IMG/VR virus record: IMGVR_UViG_3300020213_000029
Coordinates: 5,652-69,651 of that record
Reading direction: 5' to 3' (one strand)
DNA length: 64,000 bases
Source of the DNA: a virus
This document shows, piece by piece, positions 1 through 7,584 of this stretch. The stretch's first letter is position 1. The number at the start of each line of letters is the position of its first letter. Position numbers and translations under genes: made by a program. The notes under the pieces are model-generated. The model was not told where the DNA came from and made no database searches. It saw only the letters and a program-made list of their open reading frames with translations.

Positions 1-26
1 TGCGTGGCATCGATGTCGCTACTCGC

Positions 27-551
27 TTGCTTAACGAATCCGTCAATCGAGTGCCGACGGATATACAAAAAGAGACCGCCAACCTCAGCGCCGTTGTGTT
101 AGAAAAATTTGTTAGCATAGCCCTGCAGTTCTCAGAACGGGACACTCGCAGTGAACGAGAATCTCGTGACAATAAGGTCGCTGTTGACGCTGCGTTCGCT
201 GCTCAGAAGGAGGCCGCTGCCAAACAAGACGAAGCGAATCAAAAAGCCATCGACAAGTCCGAAAAGGCCACGGCCGAAACTATTACGAAACTCGGCGAAC
301 TGTTCCAGTCGACAACGGATGCGATCAACGGCAAGATCGACGATGTGAAGGTCAGGATGAATGCCCTGGAAATCTCGATGAACAGTATCATCGCTGCGGG
401 TGGCGCAGCTAGAGACACTCGCAGCGAACACCGTCAAGGGATCTCCTCGGCCGGGCATATCATCGGCATTATTACTGGCGTGTTCGGCTTGTTGGTCTTG
501 ATTATCGGGTTGGTGTTGGCCAGTAGAGGTATTACGACTTCTTCAGGCTAG
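27..551 (+). CDS. Coiled-coil protein with C-terminal transmembrane helix (possibly lysis-cassette associated; may start upstream of the window)
   Basis: Ala/Lys/Glu helical body and hydrophobic C-terminus IIGIITGVFGLLVLIIGLVLA. Confidence 0.55.
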   Translation: MLNESVNRVPTDIQKETANLSAVVLEKFVSIALQFSERDTRSERESRDNKVAVDAAFAAQKEAAAKQDEANQKAIDKSEKATAETITKLGELFQSTTDAINGKIDDVKVRMNALEISMNSIIAAGGAARDTRSEHRQGISSAGHIIGIITGVFGLLVLIIGLVLASRGITTSSG

Positions 552-601
552 TATTGCCCACTGTAGTATGCTACAGTGGCATCAACCCAAGGAGTATCAA
601 C

Positions 602-766
602 ATGAAAGAAATGGCTGCTATCACATTGACGGAGCAGGAAGTGGATTGGCTCAACAGGTATGTCGCCGAGGGTGACGACTTCGAGTTTGATAGTAATCTC
701 GATGAATCCATTCTGCACAAACTGTGGGGCTCCTTGCCTGCCACGGCTGGTAAGAATGTCCAGTGA
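602..766 (+). CDS. Small hypothetical protein
   Basis: AAGGAG RBS before ATG 602; acidic 54-aa ORF. Confidence 0.55.
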   Translation: MKEMAAITLTEQEVDWLNRYVAEGDDFEFDSNLDESILHKLWGSLPATAGKNVQ

Positions 767-944
767 GGCGTTTTCTGCGCCTACGGTACGGACATTTTTT
801 GCGGGCGGCTGGATTTTTATCTTCGACGGATGGGCGTCGTTACAGTTCATGCCCGGAAAAAAATTGCTATACGCACCCTATTCAGCCTCGTGGGTAGACA
901 ACAAACAGTCGTTGTCGCTCCCCGAAAACTGGATCGCAGTGTGA
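756..944 (+). CDS. Microprotein with C-terminal LPENWIAV motif
   Basis: ATG 756 is in frame with track ORF 660-944 and overlaps the previous gene; shares terminal motif with other small ORFs. Confidence 0.65.
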   Translation: MSSEAFSAPTVRTFFAGGWIFIFDGWASLQFMPGKKLLYAPYSASWVDNKQSLSLPENWIAV

Positions 945-980
945 CTTCAGTCCGGTCCCAATAGAGTCGTAGTCAATAGT

Positions 981-1202
981 ATGGTCGTACGTATCGATTT
1001 TAAGGACGGAACCTTCTCTTGGCATGTCGGCGACAGTGAGGTCCATTTGAACAGCGGAAACTCTGCCGAACTGGGCGTTCCCATCAAGGGGACTGCTCCC
1101 ACGGAGACCGAAGCGATGAGGGCGGGCGTCGAAGCGATCCGGGAGATAAAGAAACGTCGTGAAATGGCTTCACATTACCCTAAAACCATCGAAGTTATGT
1201 AA
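981..1202 (+). CDS. Hypothetical protein
   Basis: 73-aa ORF in a run of co-oriented small genes. Confidence 0.5.
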   Translation: MVVRIDFKDGTFSWHVGDSEVHLNSGNSAELGVPIKGTAPTETEAMRAGVEAIREIKKRREMASHYPKTIEVM

Positions 1203-1479
1203 GATCATGTATCCCGGAAACTCAGACATGGAAATTGTCGAGTTCGTTGCCTTACTCCCCCCTATTCTCCCCGGCGCTATCATTGCGCTGCGAGTCGACC
1301 CTATTGTTGACCGGCAGCACATGATGCTAAAACATCTTCACGAGGCGATCGAAGTCCAGGTCGGCCACAACGAATTTCTGATCATCATCCTCCCCGACAG
1401 TGGGAAGATCGATGTGGTTGCAGCGACCGAGGCGCTAGCCTGGTTGCAGAACTATTTGGGAGTATGTGACAATGAGTGA
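1159..1479 (+). CDS. Hypothetical protein (true start probably 1207 or 1228)
   Basis: ORF tiles with neighbours. Confidence 0.45.
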   Translation: MKWLHITLKPSKLCKIMYPGNSDMEIVEFVALLPPILPGAIIALRVDPIVDRQHMMLKHLHEAIEVQVGHNEFLIIILPDSGKIDVVAATEALAWLQNYLGVCDNE

Positions 1480-1684
1480 AGCTGCCTTGCGGGAATTCGC
1501 CGAGATGGTCGTAGCACTGTGTGAACCGATGGGGCCTCCCGCCTACTCACCGATCACTGATCCGATTCGGACCATTTTACTGAACGCTGCCAAGAAGGCT
1601 CTCAGGGAGCCCTCCGAGACCCGTGATCTTTTTGGTATCCGTCCATGGTTTCAACTCGTCAATTTTGATCCGCACTACGATTGA
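1466..1684 (+). CDS. Hypothetical protein
   Basis: Overlaps upstream stop, suggesting translational coupling. Confidence 0.45.
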   Translation: MTMSEAALREFAEMVVALCEPMGPPAYSPITDPIRTILLNAAKKALREPSETRDLFGIRPWFQLVNFDPHYD

Positions 1685-1913
1685 GCCGCTTCTTTTTTTC
1701 GCGCTTCGTTTCAGGGCGGTAAAACGGCGCCATCCAACCGGTTTCCGGTAGCCGCTCGGCAACCCATGTAGTCCCGCACTGTTCGCATTCGACGACCGTA
1801 CCTTCCGGCAGGCTTCCCAGTTTCGAACCGAACGGAACGAATCGGTAAACTGTGTCACCGATCGGACGCCCAAGTCCGAGACATACGTGCTCTTGTCGAG
1901 CAATAATTTTCAT
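1659..1913 (-). CDS. Hypothetical protein with CxxC
   Basis: AGGAG RBS on the minus strand upstream of ATG; CEQCG motif. Confidence 0.55.
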   Translation of the reverse strand: MKIIARQEHVCLGLGRPIGDTVYRFVPFGSKLGSLPEGTVVECEQCGTTWVAERLPETGWMAPFYRPETKREKKKRLNRSADQN

Positions 1914-1929
1914 GAATTAGCTCCTACTG

Positions 1930-1958
1930 TTGACGGATTGATTTTTGCGTGCTATCCT
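1930..1958 (+). promoter_or_regulatory. Sigma70/SigA-type promoter
   Basis: TTGACG-17nt-TATCCT with TG extension. Confidence 0.65.
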
Positions 1959-1997
1959 TACATCACTGAGTGACCAAGCAACCTTTGGAGGTATCAA

Positions 1998-2828
1998 GTG
2001 TCAACAGTAACGGGAAGCTTCCCCAATGTAATCTACGTCGACCCTCGGGACGTGATCGTAGACCTGAGTTACCAGAGAATCCTCGATCAGCCACGAGTTG
2101 ATCGGATCGTGAAAGGTTTCGACGAGAGGCTGTTCGGGGTTCCGTTCGTGTCTCGCAGGCGGGGCATACTGTACTGCGTGGATGGACAGCACCGTCTCAC
2201 CGCCGCAGTGCTCAAAGGGATGAACCGGGTTCCGGTGCAGCTCGTCGAGAACCTGGAACTGCCCGAGGAAGCCTGGATGTGGGGAGCGGTCAACAACTAC
2301 CGCAAACTTCACACTTCGGTGGAAGCCTTCAACGGCGCCCTTGTCGCAGGCAGCCAAGTGCACGCACAGATCAACGAGATCATCACCGATCTCGGGCTGA
2401 AAATCTCCAAGACTCGGAGCGATGAGTCGATCGGTGCAACTGGAACGCTTCTGCAAATCGAGAAGCGGGGCGGGGTTCCCTTGGTGCAAGACACCCTGAC
2501 GTTGATCAAGACCGTGTGGTATCCACATAAGCTGGCGTGGGATAAACGGTTCATGGCGGGCGTCGGCATGTTCCTTCATTTCTATGAGCGGATCATCGTA
2601 TGGGACGACATGGTCGATTCGTTCAAGAAGGGTCTAGCGGACAACTACACGCCGCACCTCATCCTCACCAAAGGGGCGGAACTGGACTCCCAATCGGGGA
2701 TCGCATATCAGCGCAACGAAGCGGTGGCTTTCATCCTGAAACAGGAATACAACAAGTACGGACACCACAAGTACGGGTCGGTCAAGAAACGGGATCGGAC
2801 CATAGGGAAATACAAAGGTTTCGCCTAG
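1998..2828 (+). CDS. ParB/Srx-like N-terminal domain protein (DUF6551-like)
   Basis: VDLSYQR...VDGQHRL motifs; GGAGGT RBS. Confidence 0.75.
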   Translation: MSTVTGSFPNVIYVDPRDVIVDLSYQRILDQPRVDRIVKGFDERLFGVPFVSRRRGILYCVDGQHRLTAAVLKGMNRVPVQLVENLELPEEAWMWGAVNNYRKLHTSVEAFNGALVAGSQVHAQINEIITDLGLKISKTRSDESIGATGTLLQIEKRGGVPLVQDTLTLIKTVWYPHKLAWDKRFMAGVGMFLHFYERIIVWDDMVDSFKKGLADNYTPHLILTKGAELDSQSGIAYQRNEAVAFILKQEYNKYGHHKYGSVKKRDRTIGKYKGFA

Positions 2829-2844
2829 CAACAAATAACTCAAC

Positions 2845-2883
2845 AAAAAAGGAGACCCGGGTCGCCCCGGGTCTCCTTTTTTT
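2845..2883. terminator. Bidirectional intrinsic terminator
   Basis: A6-GGAGACCCGGG-tcgc-CCCGGGTCTCC-T7, perfect 11-bp stem. Confidence 0.85.
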
Positions 2884-2905
2884 ATGCCCCTTTCCCGATA
2901 ATTAA

Positions 2906-3142
2906 ATGGTGCTACACTATTTGGTCGTGGGTCATTGGAGTGGATTTAATATTGGGCAACGGAGCCCGGATGTGATCTTCTGTCAGTCGATGCTAGGACA
3001 GCCTGAAACGGGCTTCTGGTCCGCCAATGATGAAGATGCCTTCCTCGACTGCATCGAGGAGAAGGCCAGTAATGAGTGGGAGTGCCTAGCCAGTTTCTTC
3101 CCCAGGAATTGGTTTCACCTTTTCGATTCTGCGATCTATTAG
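2906..3142 (+). CDS. Hypothetical protein, possible divergent PxNW-family member
   Basis: Ends ...FFPRNWFHLFDSAIY. Confidence 0.5.
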   Translation: MVLHYLVVGHWSGFNIGQRSPDVIFCQSMLGQPETGFWSANDEDAFLDCIEEKASNEWECLASFFPRNWFHLFDSAIY

Positions 3143-3161
3143 GGATTTTACAGTGCGTGAT

Positions 3162-3320
3162 ATGCCCCTGTTTGATGAAGAGCCGAGTTGCTTAGAGTGC
3201 GGGGAAATAAAATTTCGAGAATCATCAATACCAGGAGTTTGTTTTGCTTGCTTTAAGTCTGTCCGAGACGAAGATACCGAGGGAGTGGAGTTCTCATATC
3301 ATCGTCAAGGTATGCCCTAG
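3162..3320 (+). CDS. Small Zn-ribbon-like protein (52 aa, not in track)
   Basis: MPLFDEEPSCLECGE...VCFACF with two CxxC. Confidence 0.45.
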   Translation: MPLFDEEPSCLECGEIKFRESSIPGVCFACFKSVRDEDTEGVEFSYHRQGMP

Positions 3321-3448
3321 TCACGGCATCTACGCCCCCCTGCTGGAAGACGATCGGTGTGACTCGTGGTGCAACTCGCTGGCGCTGTTTGCAACGTTCG
3401 CTGAGTTCTATGACGCCATCAAACCCAAGAATGTAGTGCGTTTCTGAA

Positions 3449-4174
3449 ATGAACATCGATGCGTTATGGAAGCGCTACAAACACGACCCCAAAGAGGCTG
3501 ATCGTAATGAGATCGCCATCTACTATATGCCTGCCGTCCGAAAAGTGGCGCAGACGATGGCGTACGGATTGCCGTCCAGTGTCGACGTGGAAGATTTGAA
3601 CTCGTACGGTCTGTTCGGTCTGTTCGATGCCATCGAAAAATTCGATCCCGATAAAGGGTTCAAGTTCGAGACCTATGCGGTGCAGCGAATCCGGGGCGCT
3701 ATCGTTGATTCGCTACGATCCCTCGACTGGGTGCCCCGGTCGGTGAGATCCCGAGGGCGAACCTTGGAGACGGCACTTTCGGAAGATCCGAGACGTTCCA
3801 CTGCCGGTGCCGCCGATCGGCTAGGCTGGACCGCTAAAGAGGCAAATGATACACTAATGAACGTCCACTCCGGAAACGTAGTTTCGCTTGAAGCGAGACT
3901 AGGCGACGAAGAGACTCAGCATGGGACCAGCCTGATGTATTTCATTACTGCACTCGATACGGCAGAGGACTTCGTCAGCATCGAATATGTCGTCAACGAG
4001 GTTGCTGCAGCGATCGAAGGGCTCCCGATGCGGGAAGGCCTGATCGTGGCCCTCTACTACTATGAAGGTTTGACGCTGGCCGAGATCGGTGCTTTACTGC
4101 ACGTTACTGAGAGTCGGGTCTGCCAGATCCATACCAAGATCTGTTATACAGTTCGGCGGGAGTTGTTGAATTGA
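3449..4174 (+). CDS. fliA: FliA/WhiG-family RNA polymerase sigma factor (sigma-28 type)
   Basis: EDLNSYGLFGLFDAIEKFDP..KFETYA..RIRGAI.D.LR.LDWVPRSVR; region 4 LYYYEGLTLAEIG..L.VTESRVCQIH. Confidence 0.93.
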   Translation: MNIDALWKRYKHDPKEADRNEIAIYYMPAVRKVAQTMAYGLPSSVDVEDLNSYGLFGLFDAIEKFDPDKGFKFETYAVQRIRGAIVDSLRSLDWVPRSVRSRGRTLETALSEDPRRSTAGAADRLGWTAKEANDTLMNVHSGNVVSLEARLGDEETQHGTSLMYFITALDTAEDFVSIEYVVNEVAAAIEGLPMREGLIVALYYYEGLTLAEIGALLHVTESRVCQIHTKICYTVRRELLN

Positions 4175-4353
4175 GCCGAAAACGAAGGAGGATGAACGCT
4201 AAGCAGCTCATTTCCATCGACGCCGATGTCAAGACGCTTCGGAAAATGGTCAACGAGATGGAGGAGCTAGCCGAGAGTGTGCAAGGCTTCTCCGTCTTGA
4301 CCCAGATGAAAAACGTGGCCATCGTGGATATTTCAGAGTACGCCCGACAATGA
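4171..4353 (+). CDS. Hypothetical protein
   Basis: Overlaps sigma gene stop and next start. Confidence 0.45.
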   Translation: MSRKRRRMNAKQLISIDADVKTLRKMVNEMEELAESVQGFSVLTQMKNVAIVDISEYARQ

Positions 4354-4589
4354 AAACAAAGTACCAGTCTGCTGGCCTCGGACACATGCGGTTTCCCTGC
4401 AGTACCTGCGGGCGCATCGTCTGGAAAAATCAGGACGAAGCGAAGCGGGAAGCGAAGAGGATCCGTGCCCGCTACGGAATCCGCACTGTTGCCGAAAAAT
4501 GTCGGGGCGCTCGTGCCGCCAACGGGTGGGATTGGGATTGGGGGTGCGGTTGGCATGTGGGAGTGAAGGGCTCAAAAAATAATCCTTGA
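4350..4589 (+). CDS. Small Cys/His protein typical of actinophages
   Basis: CxxC...C..C.GWHVG pattern. Confidence 0.55.
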   Translation: MKTKYQSAGLGHMRFPCSTCGRIVWKNQDEAKREAKRIRARYGIRTVAEKCRGARAANGWDWDWGCGWHVGVKGSKNNP

Positions 4590-4614
4590 CAGCCGATAGA
4601 TCTGGTAGTACAAT
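4586..4614 (+). promoter_or_regulatory. Near-consensus SigA promoter for PTH2 and the tRNA-like array
   Basis: TTGACA-17nt-TACAAT. Confidence 0.8.
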
Positions 4615-4676
4615 AGACAGCATCGACAACCGAAAGGCAGAAAACATTGTAGGGCAAACCTGAACCTCATGAGAAA

Positions 4677-5000
4677 ATGTACATCCTAGCTAGGGCCGAT
4701 ATCGGTCCCGGCCTTCAAGCGGCGCAATCAGCTCATGCCGCTTTTCAAATTTCAGCTGAGTATCCCCAAGTGGTCGAAGACTGGCTGAAAGATTCAAGCA
4801 CAATTGTGCTGCTGTCTGTTGACAGCGAAGATCAGTTGTTGGAATGGGCTGACGTATGCCACAAGGAACGGGTCACCTATCTCCTCGTGAGAGAACCCGA
4901 TCTGGGGGACGAGCACACGGCGCTGATCGTGCCTCCGTCGCATGTCGGCCCAAGATTTTCTGAGCTACCATTGCAAGGCGAGGTGGTTGTAGTGGTATAA
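4677..5000 (+). CDS. Peptidyl-tRNA hydrolase, PTH2 family
   Basis: MYILARADIGPGLQAAQSAHAA, IVLLSV.SE, REPDL..E.TAL motifs. Confidence 0.85.
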   Translation: MYILARADIGPGLQAAQSAHAAFQISAEYPQVVEDWLKDSSTIVLLSVDSEDQLLEWADVCHKERVTYLLVREPDLGDEHTALIVPPSHVGPRFSELPLQGEVVVVV

Positions 5001-5012
5001 TCAGAGAAACAT

Positions 5013-5075
5013 TCCGGGGAGAAGCGGCCAATCGGTTGCAGGCTTGTAGAAGTTCGAATCTTCACCCCGGAGCCA
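5013..5075 (+). ncRNA. tRNA-like element 1 (no canonical anticodon arm)
   Basis: Acceptor TCCGGGG/CCCCGGA, G discriminator, CCA; T-arm GAAG-TTCGAAT-CTTC; only 28 nt between the arms. Confidence 0.7.
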
Positions 5076-5076
5076 G

Positions 5077-5153
5077 CCTCGGCAGGGAATTCGCTATCAA
5101 GGAACGTGTAGCGGAAAGCCCTCTTTGATGTGCAGGTCATCAGCCGAGGACCA
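5077..5153 (+). ncRNA. tRNA-like element 2
   Basis: Acceptor CCTCGGC/GCCGAGG-A-CCA; 5-bp/7-nt T-like arm TGATG-TGCAGGT-CATCA; one long hairpin replaces the D and anticodon arms. Confidence 0.65.
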
Positions 5154-5154
5154 T

Positions 5155-5206
5155 GCCAGGGTCCCCGTACGGCGGGACTAGGAGTTCATTACTCGCCCTG
5201 GCTCCA
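5155..5206 (+). ncRNA. tRNA-like element 3 (52-nt minihelix-like)
   Basis: Acceptor GCCAGGG/CCCTGGC-T-CCA; short TCCC/GGGA hairpin; GAG-TTCATTA-CTC T-like arm. Confidence 0.65.
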
Positions 5207-5207
5207 T

Positions 5208-5280
5208 GCCTGAATAGTGTAGTAGCTGCACGCTCGACTCTAACTCGGGAAGGACCGGAGCGTAACCGGATCAGGCTCAA
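5208..5280 (+). tRNA. Atypical tRNA with CUA (amber) anticodon
   Basis: GCCTGA/TCAGGC acceptor, D stem GTGT/GCAC, anticodon stem CTCGA/TCGGG with loop CT-CTA-AC, T arm CCGG-AGCGTAA-CCGG; ends TCAA. Confidence 0.65.
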
Positions 5281-5283
5281 CAT

Positions 5284-5362
5284 GGCGGGATAGTGTATGG
5301 GCACGCCCTACTCGGCGATCGAGCTTAAGGGAAGAGGTTCCGTTCGATTCGGTCTCCCGCTA
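5284..5362 (+). ncRNA. tRNA-like element 5 with extended anticodon arm
   Basis: GGCGGGA/TCCCGCT acceptor, D stem GTGT/GCAC, CCCT..CTCG-GCGAT-CGAG..AGGG arm, TTCGATT T-loop. Confidence 0.6.
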
Positions 5363-5389
5363 CTCCGATAAGTACCCACGGAGATTGTC

Positions 5390-5974
5390 GTGGAGATGGT
5401 GCTATACGTGGCTGAATGCGAGTTTGATGACCTGGCGGCATTCATGGCCGATCAATCACACGATCCAAGTTTTGCCGACATAGCCGACGATGAGCAAATC
5501 CGTTCGAGGCTGCTTGATGACCTAGCGGCCACGCGAGAAATCGCAGGCATGACGCAGCTCGAAGTCGCGAGTCAGATGGGGACCACCCAGTCCGCAGTGT
5601 CCGAACTCGAAGCTGGTGAGAGCGATCCACGGCTTTCCACCCTGCAGCGCTACTCGCGAGCCGTTGGTGCGAAGTTGCACGTCGCCCCCTCAATGACTAA
5701 TCGAACCAAGGTCCGACAAGCGGTTGGCCGCCTGGTGGCGGGCGCTTGTTTTGCGGATGAAGAAGTTTGTTCTGGCGCGCCCGTCAACAGTGAGGGGCAG
5801 CGTGTCATCATCCCTGTCTCGGAAGATGAGCTGCTCATCGATGTGTGCGGTCTCGTTCGGCAGGCAGGCGGCGCAGCGCTGGTCGTAGCGGTGAACCTCG
5901 AACTGTCAACTCCTCACGATGTTTACCTCATCCACAGGGTGAGCAGTGCGCCAACAAGGCCCCTCAATGACTAA
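5390..5974 (+). CDS. Xre/HigA-like HTH protein with C-terminal extension
   Basis: R..AGMTQ.EVA.QMGTTQSAVSELEAGESDPRLSTLQRY..A.G. Confidence 0.8.
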   Translation: MEMVLYVAECEFDDLAAFMADQSHDPSFADIADDEQIRSRLLDDLAATREIAGMTQLEVASQMGTTQSAVSELEAGESDPRLSTLQRYSRAVGAKLHVAPSMTNRTKVRQAVGRLVAGACFADEEVCSGAPVNSEGQRVIIPVSEDELLIDVCGLVRQAGGAALVVAVNLELSTPHDVYLIHRVSSAPTRPLND

Positions 5975-5988
5975 TCGAACCAAGGTCC
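5686..5988 (+). repeat. 29-bp exact direct repeat (5686-5714 and 5960-5988)
   Basis: CCCCTCAATGACTAATCGAACCAAGGTCC occurs twice, 274 bp apart. Confidence 0.9.
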
Positions 5989-6152
5989 AGGTCGCCACGG
6001 ATGACGACGTTAGATCCGCGGTGCGGGATAGCCTCTCGGGGTTGGGGTTGACGTTCGATGAGTTACAGGCGCAGGCGGAAGCGGATCGTTTCGACAGCGA
6101 CCTCGCGAGGCGGACGTGGTTGGCAATCGCAGACCTTGCCGCTTACGCCTGA
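5967..6152 (+). CDS. Small hypothetical protein (LGLTFDEL..QA...F type)
   Basis: ATG lies inside the second repeat copy and overlaps the HTH gene end. Confidence 0.55.
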   Translation: MTNRTKVQVATDDDVRSAVRDSLSGLGLTFDELQAQAEADRFDSDLARRTWLAIADLAAYA

Positions 6153-6919
6153 CCCACCGACTTTATAATCAACTCTTCAGCTGTGAAGTTCTTCCCGATC
6201 GCTGCAGAATAGGTTGCCTTCAGCGGGCGAATCGAGTCTCGTTTGTATAGTTCGTGTATTTCTGGAGCGTTGTCATAGGACAAAAGCCAATCGTGCCCCT
6301 CATGTAGCAATGCTGCCAAATTCTCGTGATCGCTTTGTGTCAGATAGTGTTGATACATCGTCTTCCCCCGCATATAATACGGTGGGTCGACATAAAAAAA
6401 GGCGTCTTCCATCCTGGCTTTATCGATGACGTCTCGGAAATCGAGCTGCGTTACCGTGAGCCGGTCACGGAAGAGTTCCGTTGTGTCCTGTATTTGCCGG
6501 ACAAGATATTCTTGCCGCCACTCCGCATCGATCTTCCATTTTCCTGTTTGATTCCATCCGCCGACCGGCGACGTGTGAGACTTTCCGCTATAAGCAGTCC
6601 GGTTCAGGTAGATCGCAGCGAAAGCGTCGTCGACCGTAGACAGTTCTCGGAACAAATCGGTAGTAGCGGTCGTGGAGAGGATACGATCACATAAGGCATC
6701 AACGTTGCCGGTAGCAACCAGTTGCCAGAACGCAGCGATCTTCGAATCCAGATCGTTCAACCATATCAAACGATCTGGATCTCGTTGAGCTACGGCGATA
6801 CTGACACTGGCGCCACCGCAAAACGGTTCACAAAAAAGTGGACCCGGGGGGACGTCGTCAAGGAACAGATTGACGAGCTTTGACTTCCCCCCCGGATACC
6901 TGAAAATGTTTAGCTTCAA
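6143..6919 (-). CDS. dam: DNA adenine methyltransferase, Dam (D12) family
   Basis: FRYPGGKS, EPFCGGASV, ND.D, YVDPPY, LSYDN motifs. Confidence 0.92.
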   Translation of the reverse strand: MKLNIFRYPGGKSKLVNLFLDDVPPGPLFCEPFCGGASVSIAVAQRDPDRLIWLNDLDSKIAAFWQLVATGNVDALCDRILSTTATTDLFRELSTVDDAFAAIYLNRTAYSGKSHTSPVGGWNQTGKWKIDAEWRQEYLVRQIQDTTELFRDRLTVTQLDFRDVIDKARMEDAFFYVDPPYYMRGKTMYQHYLTQSDHENLAALLHEGHDWLLSYDNAPEIHELYKRDSIRPLKATYSAAIGKNFTAEELIIKSVGQA

Positions 6920-7236
6920 GGGGTAAGCCAGAAGGGATCGGCTTTTCCTTCAGCGACCAGTTCCAGAGTCTTCAGGTTTGTTTTTTCGGGCCATTGCTCT
7001 CTGAATGGGACACAATGCCCAAAAAAATCCGAGTACCATGCCCGATGTCCACCCCTACTGGCATGGGGACCGTCATGACCGGCTCGGAGGCAGCAGTGCC
7101 ACGACCGAGGTTTCGCCACGGACGCCCTCAAACCGCCGAATGTCAAAGCGATACTCTGACATGCGTTTGGGTGTCCGGGGTCGATAAGGTTATCGATCGG
7201 GATCTTCTCTTTGCGTCCCGATGACTGGTTCTTCAT
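6916..7236 (-). CDS. Hypothetical protein
   Basis: C.L..GH.GPH motif; 4-bp overlap with dam. Confidence 0.55.
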   Translation of the reverse strand: MKNQSSGRKEKIPIDNLIDPGHPNACQSIALTFGGLRASVAKPRSWHCCLRAGHDGPHASRGGHRAWYSDFFGHCVPFREQWPEKTNLKTLELVAEGKADPFWLTP

Positions 7237-7254
7237 GAGCGTTTCCTTTCGTCG

Positions 7255-7578
7255 TTAATCAAGTGGGCACAGCCCCATAGTGGTTACTGTCAGATAACAG
7301 CAGGGACACGAAGGTCGTGTAGGAATTGTCATTATAGCACTCCTGGTGCCCTTCTGTAATACCAAATGAGCACCAGGATAGGCCATATAAAACCCATCAT
7401 TATATGCAAACCGCTCTACGTCATCTGCTTCTCTTAAACAATGCTGTACGTAGGTCAAGTCTGCGCCTAATTCGCTCGCTACATCGTAGCTGCTGATCCA
7501 TTGCGGAGTGTCATACTCTAATGCTGTCCTAATTCTGGTGCGGATGAACGAGACTGTGTCCATGAACGAACTCAACAC
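7255..7578 (-). CDS. Hypothetical protein with C-terminal Cys cluster
   Basis: CPCC...C; co-oriented with neighbours. Confidence 0.5.
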   Translation of the reverse strand: MLSSFMDTVSFIRTRIRTALEYDTPQWISSYDVASELGADLTYVQHCLREADDVERFAYNDGFYMAYPGAHLVLQKGTRSAIMTIPTRPSCPCCYLTVTTMGLCPLD

Positions 7579-7584
7579 TAAAAT

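Noticed and set aside
3298-3447. ORF ending PKNVVRF as a further PxNW-family member
   Set aside because: Lacks the invariant Trp, so not counted.
4621-4670. c-di-GMP-I riboswitch-like words (CGAAAG, GGGCAAACC) upstream of PTH2
   Set aside because: Elements are in the wrong order and no P1/P2 pairing could be built.
5208-5280. Pyrrolysine tRNA
   Set aside because: Has a 5-bp anticodon stem and a standard 2-nt connector, unlike tRNA-Pyl, and no pyl genes are present.
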